Shown here piece after piece: positions 24,790 to 38,314 of a stretch of 64,000 nucleotides of DNA. The position numbers and the translations under genes are program-made. Each line of letters opens with the position of its first letter. Within the stretch, counting starts at the first letter, position 1. The DNA comes from Octopus sinensis (lineage: Eukaryota): contig NC_043017.1 of NCBI RefSeq assembly GCF_006345805.1, positions 9,114,001 to 9,178,000 of the forward strand, given 5' to 3'. Below the pieces are notes generated by a model that was not told the origin of the DNA, made no database searches, and saw only the letters and a list, made by a program, of their open reading frames with translations.

Positions 24790-25340
24790 TGACGGAAAAG
24801 TTTGGCATACCTCTAATATTCAAAAGTCTTGCTGAGTGATGCCAAGACACCCTCGGCTTTTGACAATTTTAGAGATATGCTTTGTCCAACGCAAATCACT
24901 GCTGACAGTGATGCCTAGGTCATGCTCGCAAGAGGATTTCTTGATATCAGTGTTGTGGAGGGAGTATGTGGACGCAGGGTTTTTTCCTCCCAAAATGCAT
25001 GATGGTACACTTGTCCACAGCCAGTTTCAGTTGCCAGTCTGTGATCCATTGCTGCATTGTGTCCAGGTCTGATTGCCGGAAAGAGTTGTGGACATCAGGA
25101 TCTGTCCTCTTGATTTCAAGGTACAGCTTGATGTCGTCTGCATATTTCAATAATGTGGCATTCTTTAAATTAGCATCTATGTCGTTAATATATGCCACAA
25201 ACAAGAGGGGACCAAGAACAGATCCCTGTGGTACACCCGATGACATCTCATATGGTGTAGAATGCTGTCCTAGAACTGTGACTACCTCCTTTCGGCTGAG
25301 AATGAAGGATTTCAACCAGTTAAAAAGATCATCCCTCATA
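24790..25340 (-). pseudogene. CR1/L2-type LINE reverse transcriptase fragment
   Basis: ORF 24947-25339 contains SGVPQGSVLGPLLF, YINDI, YADD and WQLKLAVDKC..MHFG motifs. It is truncated at both ends. Confidence 0.92.
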
Positions 25341-26351
<1,011 letters not shown>

Positions 26352-26506
26352 TTAGGAGTAAAACACATTTTTGGCAGACGAGTGAGACTGGAGCAAGGTG
26401 AAATAAAATGCCTCGATCAAGGACACGACACGCTGCTGGGAATCGGACGCACGACCTTACGATCCTAAGCCGGATACCTCCAAGAACTAAATCACTTCCC
26501 TTCACA

Positions 26507-26511
<5 letters not shown>

Positions 26512-26581
<70 letters not shown>

Positions 26582-26709
26582 GACACACAGACACAACACA
26601 CAGACACACACACACACAGACACACAGACACACACACACACACACACACACCGCACGCACGCACACGCGCACGGCACGCACGCACGCGCACGCACGCACG
26701 CACGCGCAC

Positions 26710-26778
<69 letters not shown>

Positions 26779-26780
26779 CA
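26512..26780. repeat. Compound (CA)n/(CACG)n microsatellite
   Basis: Directly visible. It generates several artefactual ORFs. Confidence 0.95.
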
Positions 26781-27007
26781 ACACAGTGTGAATCGGGACT
26801 GGAATAATTACAAATATTAGAAAGCCTAGCTGTGAGAGAAATATGAAAATGGAAACGCATTCCTTCCTCTGCTTTCGATGTGCAGGAAAAAGAGGAAAGG
26901 CGGGGGGTGGGGGTGGGGTTTCCGTTTCACATTTAAAAAAATTATTCCTCAGAAAAGACACATCCGGTTCCCCCACCTCGCATACTTAATATCAGAATGT
27001 TTAAGAT

Positions 27008-27351
27008 AGGCGCAGGCGTGGGTGTGTCGTAAGAAGCTTCCTAAACAGCCAAATGTCTCCGGGTTCATCCCACTGCATGGCAACTTGGGCCAGTGTCTTC
27101 TACTATAGCCTCGGATCGAGCAAAGTCTTGTGAGTGGATTTGGTAGACGGAAACTGAAAGAAGCCCATCGCATTTTTTTTCTCTCCTTCTTTCTGTGTTT
27201 TTTTTCTCTCTGGGTATCTTTCTGTTGAAGAGCGTAGGCTCGAAACGTTTAAGACTTGTTTTATTTATATTTCCTGAGCGCCATACTAATACAATGGTTT
27301 GTTTTTTCCCACCTGCCTTCGTCTTTTGTCTATTTTCATAAAGCTTTCCAT

Positions 27352-27448
<97 letters not shown>

Positions 27449-27580
27449 GCGGTTCGGCAAAAGAGACGATAGAATAAGTACCAGGCTTACAAAGAATAAG
27501 TCTTGGGGTCGATTTGATCGACTAAAAGGCGGTTGCTGCAACATGGCCACAGTCAAATGACTGAAACGTGTAAAAGAGCA
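27008..27580 (+). mobile_element. SINE family A interrupted by a second hammerhead-bearing short element (motif 27217-27254) and (TA)n
   Basis: SINE head 27008-27170. Insert ~27171-27350 carries TCTTT-CTGTTGA-A-GAGC-GTAG-GCTC-GAA-ACGT-T-TAAGA. The SINE tail resumes at ~27447. Confidence 0.7.
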
Positions 27581-27599
27581 TATCCTGTATTTGTATGTG

Positions 27600-27692
27600 T
27601 ATTTATTATTATTATTATTATTATCATTATTATTATTGTTTTTATTATTATTATTATTGTTATTATTATTATTATTATTATCATTATTATTA

Positions 27693-27750
<58 letters not shown>

Positions 27751-27778
27751 GTTGTTGTTATTGTTCTTATTATTATTC
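27600..27778. repeat. (ATT)n microsatellite
   Basis: Directly visible. Confidence 0.95.
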
Positions 27779-29120
27779 AGGTCACTGCCTGAAATCGAAC
27801 CAGGGCTCTTAACCATTACGCCATATGTAAACTATATGAATGCATATTAGAAGGAATATAATGGTCTCTAATTTAGGAATCAGGCCAGCAATGGCGGAAG
27901 AGATTAGTCGATGCTGCCGATCCCATTTCTTAGCTGTTATTTTATTTTGTGAATCCCAGGAAGATGAAGACAAAAATTGACCTCGCCGAAATTTGAATTC
28001 ACAACGTAAAAAAGGACACACGCCACAAAGCATTTTGTTCAAAGCTCTAACGATCTTGCTAGATCCTTTGTCTTCTCTGTTCACCTTTGATCAACTAGAA
28101 TAATAGAAAAAAAAATTTATATAAATATAAAAAAGAGAGAAAATCCGGACGAAATGCAGAACAATCTTGAGAATTGGTACAGAAATTTCTTTTTTAAAAT
28201 ACTAATCTTACAAGGGAAGTAACTCCTACTATTTCAAGGGAATTTACTCTACCTGCAATTAACAAGTGAAAAGTCATGTTTATCTCCCTTGAATTCTTTG
28301 CCCATCTTCCAACTAAAATATATGATTGTCATCACACCGCCTGTCATTAAATGTCTTTAAAACGGAATTGTGCTTTCTACAATGTTCTCAATATACAGTA
28401 AGACGAGGTGGTCATAACTGGGACGTCCCTATTGATAAGGTTTGCTTGACTAGATCACACGTGGGGCTATGAAGCGGCGACGACATCAAAATTTTCTTTA
28501 ATTCTTTACTTTTAACCTGTTACAGTCATTGGGTTACGGCCATGCTGGGGCACTGTTACAAAGGGTTTTAGTAGCATAGTCTGACTTCACTATTTGTTTA
28601 TTCCATCAATCCCTTTTGCTGAACCACTACGTTACATGAATATATATATATGTATATATACACACACATTTAGAAAAGGAGCACTCCGACGACGAGGGTC
28701 CCAGCTCTTACAAGTGGCTGAGCACTCCACAGACACGTGTACCCTTAACATAGTTCTCAGCGTGACACAGAGCGTGATAAGGCTGGCCCTTTGAAATATA
28801 GGTAGTACTCATTTTTGGCAGTTGAGTGGACTGGAGCAACGTCTTGCTTAAGGACCTTACGACCTTACGATCATGAGCGTAATGCCCTAACCACTAAGCC
28901 ACGCGCCTTATATATATATATATATATATATACACCCCACCCACCCACCCACCCATAACACACCCACCACTCTCACACACACACATATCTATATATATAT
29001 TGGGATGCTCGCTTAGCCATCGGGTGGTGTCATTTAAAGGCTAAAACAATGTGAAGCGCATTGTGACCAGCGATGTGTAGCAACATCTGATAGCCTGGTT
29101 GGTCACGGTGTGTTACGGTG

Positions 29121-29179
<59 letters not shown>

Positions 29180-29226
29180 ATATATATCTTCAGTTGGGAT
29201 TTAGGCAACTATCCAGCGATGGAATA

Positions 29227-29278
29227 GTCATCGCTGGTGAGCTTTTAATCTAAAGCGAAACAGGACTAGTATGATGGT
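29227..29278 (+). ncRNA. Candidate type I hammerhead fold with A6>G core (CUGGUGA)
   Basis: GTCATCG-CTGGTGA-GCTTT-TAATCT-AAAGC-GAA-AC-AGGACTA-GT-A-TGATGGT. All three stems can form. Confidence 0.5.
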
Positions 29279-29522
29279 CTCGCTCGCTCTGGGGCGGTTA
29301 CCTTCCCTGTCAGTGCATAGACATGTGTTTTTTGCGGCCTTAAGGGACTTTAGCTCTTATTTCTAGCAATGTAGGTGCTACCCTGCACTGCCAGTCATAA
29401 TTAGTGACAATTGAATTTTTCCTTCTTGGTTTTATATTGCGTATGGCAGCCTTCGTTATTTCATTTATCTATCTATCCGTCCATCCGTCCGTTCATCCAT
29501 CCATCCATCCATCCATCCATCC

Positions 29523-29606
<84 letters not shown>

Positions 29607-29654
29607 GTCTACCTACCTCTCTCTCTCTCTCTCTATCTATATATAAATATGTCA

Positions 29655-29715
<61 letters not shown>

Positions 29716-29841
29716 ATATATATTATATATATATATATACACACACACATACACACACACGGAATAAATAGTTAGAGGTTTCTGTGCAGGTTGTATTATA
29801 TAACTGGTTTCCACCATCAGTGTCTGATTTTTTTCAAATTA

Positions 29842-29872
<31 letters not shown>

Positions 29873-29929
29873 TGTATGTATGTATGTATGTATGTATGTA
29901 TGTATGTATGTATGTATGTATGTGTATAT

Positions 29930-30197
29930 ATATGTGCAAATTTGAATGTTTTGTTTCATTGTATTCTCGTGCATACAGTTGCATATCTAGACATTCTCAT
30001 ACATACTTAAATGATGAACTTCTGAAAAGTTTTACAGATTTTTACAGTTCCAGTGATGAATTGGATCTGTAGTCTTCGAATCAGCTTTCTCCTCTCTGAT
30101 TTTGAGAAGCCTAATTTCTCAAGATTGGTATTTAGACAGTGTGTTACATATCCCAGGGCCCCAATAATTACAGGTATAAACCTGAACTTGTAATCAT
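29930..30197 (-). pseudogene. Second, shorter R4/Dong-type 3' fragment
   Basis: YKFRFIPVIIGALGYVTHCLNTNLEKLGFSKSERRKLIRRLQIQFITGTVKICKTFQKF aligns with the end of the 25341-26220 element. It is flanked on both sides by (CATA)n. Confidence 0.8.
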
Positions 30198-31093
30198 ATG
30201 CATGCATGCATGCATGCATGTATGTATGTATGTATGTATGTATGTATGTATGTATGTATGTATGTATGTATATACATATATGTATATATGTATGTATGTA
30301 TGTATGTATGTACGTACGTACATACGTATGTACATACGTATGTACATACGTATGTATGTATGTATGTATGTATGTATGTATGTATGTATGTATGTATGTA
30401 TGCGTGCGTGTGTGTGTGTGTATGTATGTACATACGTATGTATGTATGTATGTATGTATGTATGTATGTATGTATGTATGTATGTATGTATGTATGCCAT
30501 CCTTGCTCACGTTCACTCCACTGCTGGACGAAGGACTCAACATTGTGCTCTCCACCGACCATGTCCTGATGTTTTCCTCACCCATGTTTGAGTGCAAAGG
30601 AATGAAACAAAATATTCATTCCAACTCTTGCATGGTCTTCCCTTCCTTTTTTCTGGACGTGGTGTCCATTCTCTCAATTTGCTATTTGATCTATTGTCCT
30701 TTCGGCTAAACACATGTCCTGCAAAAGACCATTTCAGAATTTTTTATTTTCCAGACAACATCCGATAAAACCTGTTGCCACTCTTATCCTGTTGTTTCTC
30801 CATTTATTCATTTGTTCCATACACGCTCGCGAGCGTGCATACACCCACACACATATACACAAACACGCATACACCCCTATACACACACGCACACACCCCT
30901 ACACACACGCACATACTCACATACACACATCGATAGTCTAGTTAGGCCTCACATTGTACTGTAATCCATCGCAATCTGTTGCCTGGCCGAGTCGCCAGCG
31001 TCTGAACCGCCGTCTCCATCACGCAACAATATTAACCGGACAGATAAGAAATATTTGGGAAGAGACTGAACCCATTGTAGGGTCAAGAACTAA

Positions 31094-31477
31094 GTGGAGG
31101 CGCAATGGCCCAGTGGTTAGGGCAGCGGACTCGCGGTTGGAGGATCGCGGTTTCGATTCCCAGACCGGACATTGTGAGTGTTTATTGAGCGAAAACACCT
31201 AAAGCTCCACGAGGCTCCGGCAGGGGGTGGTGGTGAACCCTGCTGTACTCTTTCACCACAACTTTCTCTCGCTCTTTCTTCCTGTTTCTCTTGTACCTGT
31301 ATTTCAAAGGGCCAGCCTTGTCACACTCTGTGTCACGCTGAATCTCCTCGAGAACTACGTTAAAAGTACACGTGTCTGTGGAGTGCTCAGCCACTTGCAC
31401 GTTAATATCACGAGCAAGCTGTTCCGTTGATCGTATCAGCTGGGACCCTCATCGTCGCAACCGACGGAGTGCTCCTA
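31094..31477 (+). mobile_element. tRNA-derived SINE family C
   Basis: Head TGGCCCAGTGGTTAGGGC...GGTTTCGATTCCC. TAGGGTCAAGAACTA is directly repeated on both sides (~31078 and ~31479), a probable TSD. Confidence 0.85.
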
Positions 31478-31499
31478 CTAGGGTCAAGAACTACGAAGC

Positions 31500-31930
31500 G
31501 ATAACATGGAGATATAGAATCACTGGGTTGGTGCCTGGCACACACTGTGGGCCCTTGTCTTTAAAGAGTTTATTTCATTCAGAAAGTTATTCTGATATAA
31601 ACCCGCTGTTCACGCTGTGGTCTTCGTCATTTTAAATGTCTTCTGACTCTGCCACATTCGCAAGTCTGTGGCAGACGATATATAGATACTGGGTCAGTAA
31701 CTGGCACGCTATTACCTCACTAGGATTATGGTGCCTCTAAGAACGTGTCTGAGAGAAGGTTACTCCGATATTAACCCGTTGCTCGGGGAATGGTCTTTTG
31801 AAGATCTTATATGATACTGCAATGTTCCCGAGTTTGCGGCAATTATGGAGAGAGATCTTCCCCCGGTTTGTCTCACAACCATATCTATAGTGTGATGAAG
31901 GTCTTGCCGGTTTTGTGCATATCTTAACGG
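31500..31930. repeat. Degenerate ~170 bp tandem repeat
   Basis: GAAAGTTATTCTGATATAAACCCGCTG (31582) versus GAAGGTTACTCCGATATTAACCCGTTG (31755), with similar downstream motifs. Confidence 0.5.
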
Positions 31931-32306
31931 GCCTAAAATTTCGAACGGCCGTTGCTGATTTCCCTAAAGTATATCGATTTCAAATTTTGGCACAAGGCTA
32001 GCAATTTCGGGGGAGGGGTTAAGTCGATAATATCTACCTCAGTGCTCAACTGGTACTTATTATATCGGCCTCGAAATGATGAAAGGTAGAGTCGACTTCG
32101 GCGTAATTTGAACACAGAACGCAGACGAATGAAATGACGCAAAGCATTTTTTCCGGTGCGGTAACGATTCTGCCAGCTCGATGCTTTACTTCTGTAGCAC
32201 TGGTTTCAAATTTTGGCACAAGGCCAGCAATTTTGGGGGGAGGTGTATATATTTATATCATATATATATAAATGGCCGCGGCCTTCGGGCTAAAACACTT
32301 TTAAGG

Positions 32307-32382
<76 letters not shown>

Positions 32383-33092
32383 TATATGTAGAAAGAAAGA
32401 AAGAAGAAGAAAGAAAGAAAGAAAGAAAGAAAGAGAGATAGAGAGAGATAAACTGATTAAAGTACATTAAAAGATACTTTTTTTATATGCTCTTCCACTT
32501 TTGCGAGTGTGTCTCATAGATGAATTGATAAATAGCTAGAAAGACAGACAGACAGACTGCATACAGATAGATAGATGATAGATACATAACCAGGCAAACA
32601 GACAGACAGACAGATTGTTAGAAAGATAGATTGCTTTAGAGACAGACAAACAAATAGATAGGTAGATGGACAGACAGATATACAGACAGATAGATAGATG
32701 GACAGATAGATGGATGGATGGATGGATAGATAGACTCACAGACAGACAACTTGAGACAGTTTAAGAGCGAAGACACTATCAGGAATGAAACGAAATATAG
32801 ACAGAAAGAAGAAGAAAAAACAAAGACGAACAGAAATAATTGAGTAAAAACAACAAAGACACCAGCAAAAGGGCAAAAACAAAAGAAAAATAAAACAAAA
32901 TAGCAAAGAGAAAAAAAGCAAAGAAAAAAGTCATTTTTGTTTCTATTTTTCCTGAAATTCCATCGTCTTTCCCATGGATTGACAGGTAAGGTGGAAAGGA
33001 AGACAAGATATACATACATACATATATATGTTTCATATGTGTGTGGTGTATATATATATATATATATATTATGGATATAGTACACATATATA

Positions 33093-33156
<64 letters not shown>

Positions 33157-33897
33157 CATACTATATATATATATATATATATATACATATATATAATACA
33201 TATATAGTATATCTAGATATTATACATATACATACATATATATGTATGTGTATATATGTGTGTGAATATATATATATTGTAGTGCACCTGAGCACTGTAC
33301 ACAATGTTTTATTATTATTATTATATACACATATACATATAGATACATATATATACATATCAATACACACACACATATATATACGTACATATACACACAT
33401 ACACACACACACGCACGCACACACACACACAACACACACACATATATATATACAATGAGAGAAACCCTTCAGGTCTGGAATTACGACAATAAGGAATAAT
33501 CTACGCGACTGGTGCTAATTACAGAGAGAATATTTTTCCTCTCCATCAAATTGAAGCTTCCCTGTCATCGTTCCTGCAAACTCTCTATAAAACCATTCTC
33601 TCAATCTCTCTGTCGCTCTGTTCTGTCCGTTTGTCTGTCTGTCTCTCTTTGGAACAAAAATGGTGAATGACGGTGATTCCATCCTTGACATTTTCCAAGC
33701 AAAACAAAAGACGTCAGCGAAGAGGGCGAGAGATATGTCGTGCTGCCGATATGACAATCGCCGTGGCGGTCGTGGTTGTGGTCGTGGTGGAAGGTCTTCC
33801 TCTCCGTCCCTCCACCTCCTCTTCATCTTCCTCTTCTTTCCCGAGATCGGTCTGTCTATCTGTCTGTCTGTCTTTTGTTTTCTTGTGAACAGAATAT

Positions 33898-33929
<32 letters not shown>

Positions 33930-34237
33930 ACACTTCAAACACACATACATACAAAGACACACATACACGCACACGCACACACACAAACACACACGCACAC
34001 ATACAAAAACACACAGACACACAAATACGCACACGCAAGAACACATACACAACCTCCTTACGTACATATGTATGTATATGATTATGCATATATGGTATTT
34101 ATTAATAGATATATATATATAATATATAATATATATTATATATATATTATATACCGCATCATCTATCTTCTATCCGTCATTATCATCTACTATCTATCTA
34201 TCCGTTATCTATCTATCTATCTATCTATCTACTATCT

Positions 34238-34268
<31 letters not shown>

Positions 34269-34866
34269 CACTCTCTCTCATCTCTCTCCTCTCTCTCTCT
34301 TTCTCTCTCTCTCTATCTATCTACATCTATCTATCTATCTATCTAGCATCTATCTATCTATCTATCTATCTATCTCTCTCTCTCTCGCTCATCTCTCTCT
34401 CTATATATATATTATATATATATATATGATATGGAGAGCAGGCAAGGGAAGAAAGCGAGCGAGAGAGAGAAGGGAGGGGTGCCGTGTTTACCAATTTTCG
34501 CATTATGGAAAAATATTGGTCAGTAATACCGAAGAGACGGGGTAAAAAAAAAAAAAGAAGGAAGATATGGGGAGATAATGGCGGCGTTGTTGGTGGTGGC
34601 GTCGGGTGTGTTAGACGGTAAGAAGACGATGAGGGTGGGGATAACGAAGACACTAGGGGACGGTGGTGGTGGTGGTGGTGGTGGTGGTGGTGGTGTCTGT
34701 GTGTATGTGTGTGTGTGCGTGTTTCCCATATCCTCGAAGAACACACACACACTGTCATATATGGTGATCTCTCTCTACTCTAACTGACCATTACCATATT
34801 TAGTGTTGTTAACATTTATTGTGGAATGACCGTGCATACCGTGTGTGTATACATATACATACATAT

Positions 34867-34912
<46 letters not shown>

Positions 34913-35084
34913 TATATATACACATACATACATATATACATATATATACACACCACAATATATGTATGTATGTTATATGTAACAGCGTAACTGAGAGAAG
35001 GGAAGCTATATAAACGAAGTCGTGTAATGGTGAGTGTTGTACACACACACCCCACACAGACACACACCCACACATATATATATA

Positions 35085-35118
<34 letters not shown>

Positions 35119-35271
35119 CACCATTCATACAGATATACATGAACACACACACACGCACACACAAATATATATATATATATATATACAATATAAATATATA
35201 CATAGATATAAACATATATAGATATATACAACCATATATACATATATGTGTGTGTGAATATATTTACACAT

Positions 35272-36093
35272 ATACAAAGAAACCGGAATTTTGCAATATC
35301 TTTCTATTCTCTTAGTTTTACAGGTTTGCACTTTTACCGCTTTCAGAGTATTCTCCATTTGAAGCGATGCATCGGTCCAAACATGTTTTCCACTGTTCGA
35401 AACAGTCCTGGAACTCTTGTGAAGTGATTCCTTTTAACGCCCCAGTCGTTTTTTTCTTCATCTCTTCCAGATATGCAAATTCCTAAGCACCAGCTTTCGT
35501 CACCATTGATGACCTTCGGAAAAAAAAAAGCCGGATCAGCTTCCACCCGCTCTTGCTGTTCACGACACGGATTTAGTCGAGACCGCTTTTGATCTTCCTT
35601 GAGAAAGCGAGGCACAAACTTTGCTGCAAGTCTTTCCATTCGCAATTCCTCGTTCGAAATTCGGTGGCAGAAGTTCCAGGACACACCAATCATAAAAAAG
35701 TTTGTCAGTTGTTCGGTGACGGTCCTCCAAGATCAGTTCATGAATTTTCATTCGTTCGGGAGGTCGATGGTCGCCCTGAACGAGGTTGGTCTTCAAGTGA
35801 CAAGTGACCATTTCTAAAGCGTGAAAAAAACCCTCGCGTTTTCCCCAACAGGAAACAGATTTTCACGGAAGCATGCCGTTCCTTCGTTTCAGCCATCGCA
35901 AAAACCGACGAATAGCGGAAAAGCCCTGCAAAACAAAGACGCACCACTTGGTAGTACGACATGAGCGGACGATGCCGGTGGGCAAACTGATGCCTTTGGG
36001 TTGCATCAAGTGGTTTCTAGAGGCAGAAGCCTGAACTACGAAAGGCTTGTCCTACAGAGAACGTTTCCTGTAACATTTGGGTACCTCCATGTA
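35272..36093 (-). mobile_element. Internally deleted Tc1/mariner transposon
   Basis: Frameshifted transposase: MAETKERHASVKICFLLGKT, EDQPRSGRPSTSRT, ILEDRHRT, AAKFVPRFL and INGDESWC (first catalytic D). Decayed TIRs sit next to TA at both ends. Confidence 0.88.
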
Positions 36094-36113
36094 TACGTAC
36101 GTATATTATATAT

Positions 36114-36198
<85 letters not shown>

Positions 36199-36262
36199 TA
36201 TATATACATATATATATATATACATATACATAATATACATATATATATATGCCTGTGTTAAA

Positions 36263-37208
36263 TGTCCTGTACTCATTTTTTGTTGTTTTTAAAAAAATGT
36301 CCAGTTCCTTTGGTTTGTGTCTATGTTTTCGTTTCTCTTTGTGTTCGACGTCCCTTTGGTGTCCTATACTCATATATGCGTATATATGTACATGTAGAGG
36401 TAGGTACGTACATATATGTTTCTATATATGCATGTGTTTTATTTCATTTATTAATATATTATATGACTAAACGCACGCACCCCCTTAAGTAAGATTGTTC
36501 TGTATATCAAGTTTTGGTCTTGATATTAACTCTGACGCGCACTCTTCACCTTTCTGTTTCCTCGCAGCCATTCCCCTTCTTCTCTCCCTTCCTGTTGCTC
36601 CTCCTCCCCCTTCCCGTCGTCCACCCGCGACGATACTTCCGCTCTGACTGTCTTTCTGGCCTGGCCTTTCAAGGTAACTGGACGACATTCTTCCTGCCCC
36701 CCTGTCGTTCACAAAAAATTCTGCGTTTGCAAAACTTTTTTCGTTCGGCGTCTTATCTTGTTTTCCCTGTCCTGTCTTTTACTGTTTATATTTTTTCACT
36801 GTTTATATTTTTGTACTGTCGTTACTGTCCTGTTTTTTTTATCATTTTTTAACCATTTTTTACCCCTCTGCGAAAAGATCTCAGAATTTTAATTGATTTG
36901 CTTTTCGCAGGAAGGAAAGTTTCTTGTCGAAGATACATCTCGCTTTTATCCTTCGAAACGTAGAGTAGATGAAACCATAGCGACTGAAGAAGGGGTTTTT
37001 TCTTTGTATTAATTGTCCTGTACTCCATTTTTTTGTTTTTTAAAAAATGTCCAGTTCCTTTGGTTTGTGTCTGTGTTTTCGTTTCTCTTTGTGTTCGACG
37101 TCCCTTTGGTGTCCTGTACTCATATATGCGTGTATATGTACATGTAGAGGTAGGTACGTACATATATGTTTATATATGCATATGTTTTTATTTTATTTAT
37201 TAATATAT
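36263..37208. repeat. ~195 bp direct repeat pair (36263-36460, 37014-37208), pLTR-like, next to a Penelope relic
   Basis: TGTCCTGTACTC...GTAGGTACGTACATATATGTTT...TTAATATA is repeated 751 bp apart with few differences. Confidence 0.8.
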
Positions 37209-37210
37209 AT

Positions 37211-37241
<31 letters not shown>

Positions 37242-37399
37242 GATACATACATACACATACATACATAAATACATTCATAATACATACATACATACATACA
37301 TACATACATACATGCATACATACATACATACATACATATATACACACATATATATATATACATACATCCATGTATGTATAAGACAATTGCGACCAATCT

Positions 37400-38160
37400 T
37401 GCCACAGTTATCTTTTTAGATTTTACACTCGATTTGGGTACCTCTCCTTCCAGAATTTACCGCAAACCAAATGAAAGGCTGTCGTGCAATAAACACAGCC
37501 TCCTGTCACACACCTATTGGTTTTAAGAACATGGCGAAGGATATCAGTAGGGGTATTTCGAATCAGTCCTCGAATAAAAAGATTTTCGACGCTGCGATTC
37601 CCTATTACAATGAGTCTTTGGAAACCAGCGGGTTTAAGGACTGCATCTCCTTTATGCTGGGGCCCTAACACCCACAAAAGAAAGTGTAACACACACACAC
37701 TTCAAACACACACACATACACACTCACACACACACACACACACTTCAAACACACACACATACACACTCACACACACACACACACTTCAAACACACACACA
37801 CATATTCACACACTCACACCACACACACACGCACAAACACACACACGCACAAACACACATACATACAAAGACACACATACACGCACACGCACACATAAGA
37901 TCAATGGGTTTGGCCACCTTTCAAAACCTGGGGAGGATCTTTCGTAGATTAATGGACAAACATTTTATGCAAAGGAACGGACGGATTACTTAATGGACCG
38001 TCACTGTGCACCCAGTGTTAAAAAGGATTTTAAGGAACGCCCCTAAACCTTACACAGATGTAGGATGCACGTGTAGGGTTAACAGTAACTGCTCAGTAGG
38101 CAGTAGATGCAACTCCGAGAGCTGTTGTCTACGAGGCAGAGGTGATTATGAGTAAATACT
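37400..38160 (+). pseudogene. Penelope-like element RT thumb / linker / GIY-YIG N-terminal relic
   Basis: FLDFTLDL...YRKPN, INTASCHTP..KNMAKDISRGISNQSSNKKIFDAAIPYYNESLETSGF, NLGRIFRRLMDKHF and CTCRVNSNCSVGSRC match typical PLE motifs. It is interrupted by (CA)n. Confidence 0.8.
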
Positions 38161-38314
38161 TGGGACTTAGCTGGAGTTTTCTATTGCTTTTCCTTATTAA
38201 AATATTGCGTAATGAAATCGGCTCATTCGTTTTGAATAACACTGTATACACACACACATATACATACATACATACAAAGATACATACACACATCACACAT
38301 ATATAATATATATG

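Noticed and set aside
31094-31165. tRNA-like sequence with A and B boxes (also heads of SINE A and B)
   Set aside because: It continues into a SINE body with a TSD and has other copies. No complete cloverleaf, so it is not a tRNA gene.
36949-36995. Permuted hammerhead-like order CGAAACGT...CTGAAGA (similar at 61337-61380)
   Set aside because: Core boxes are present but I could not form stem I, and stem II depends on G-U pairs.
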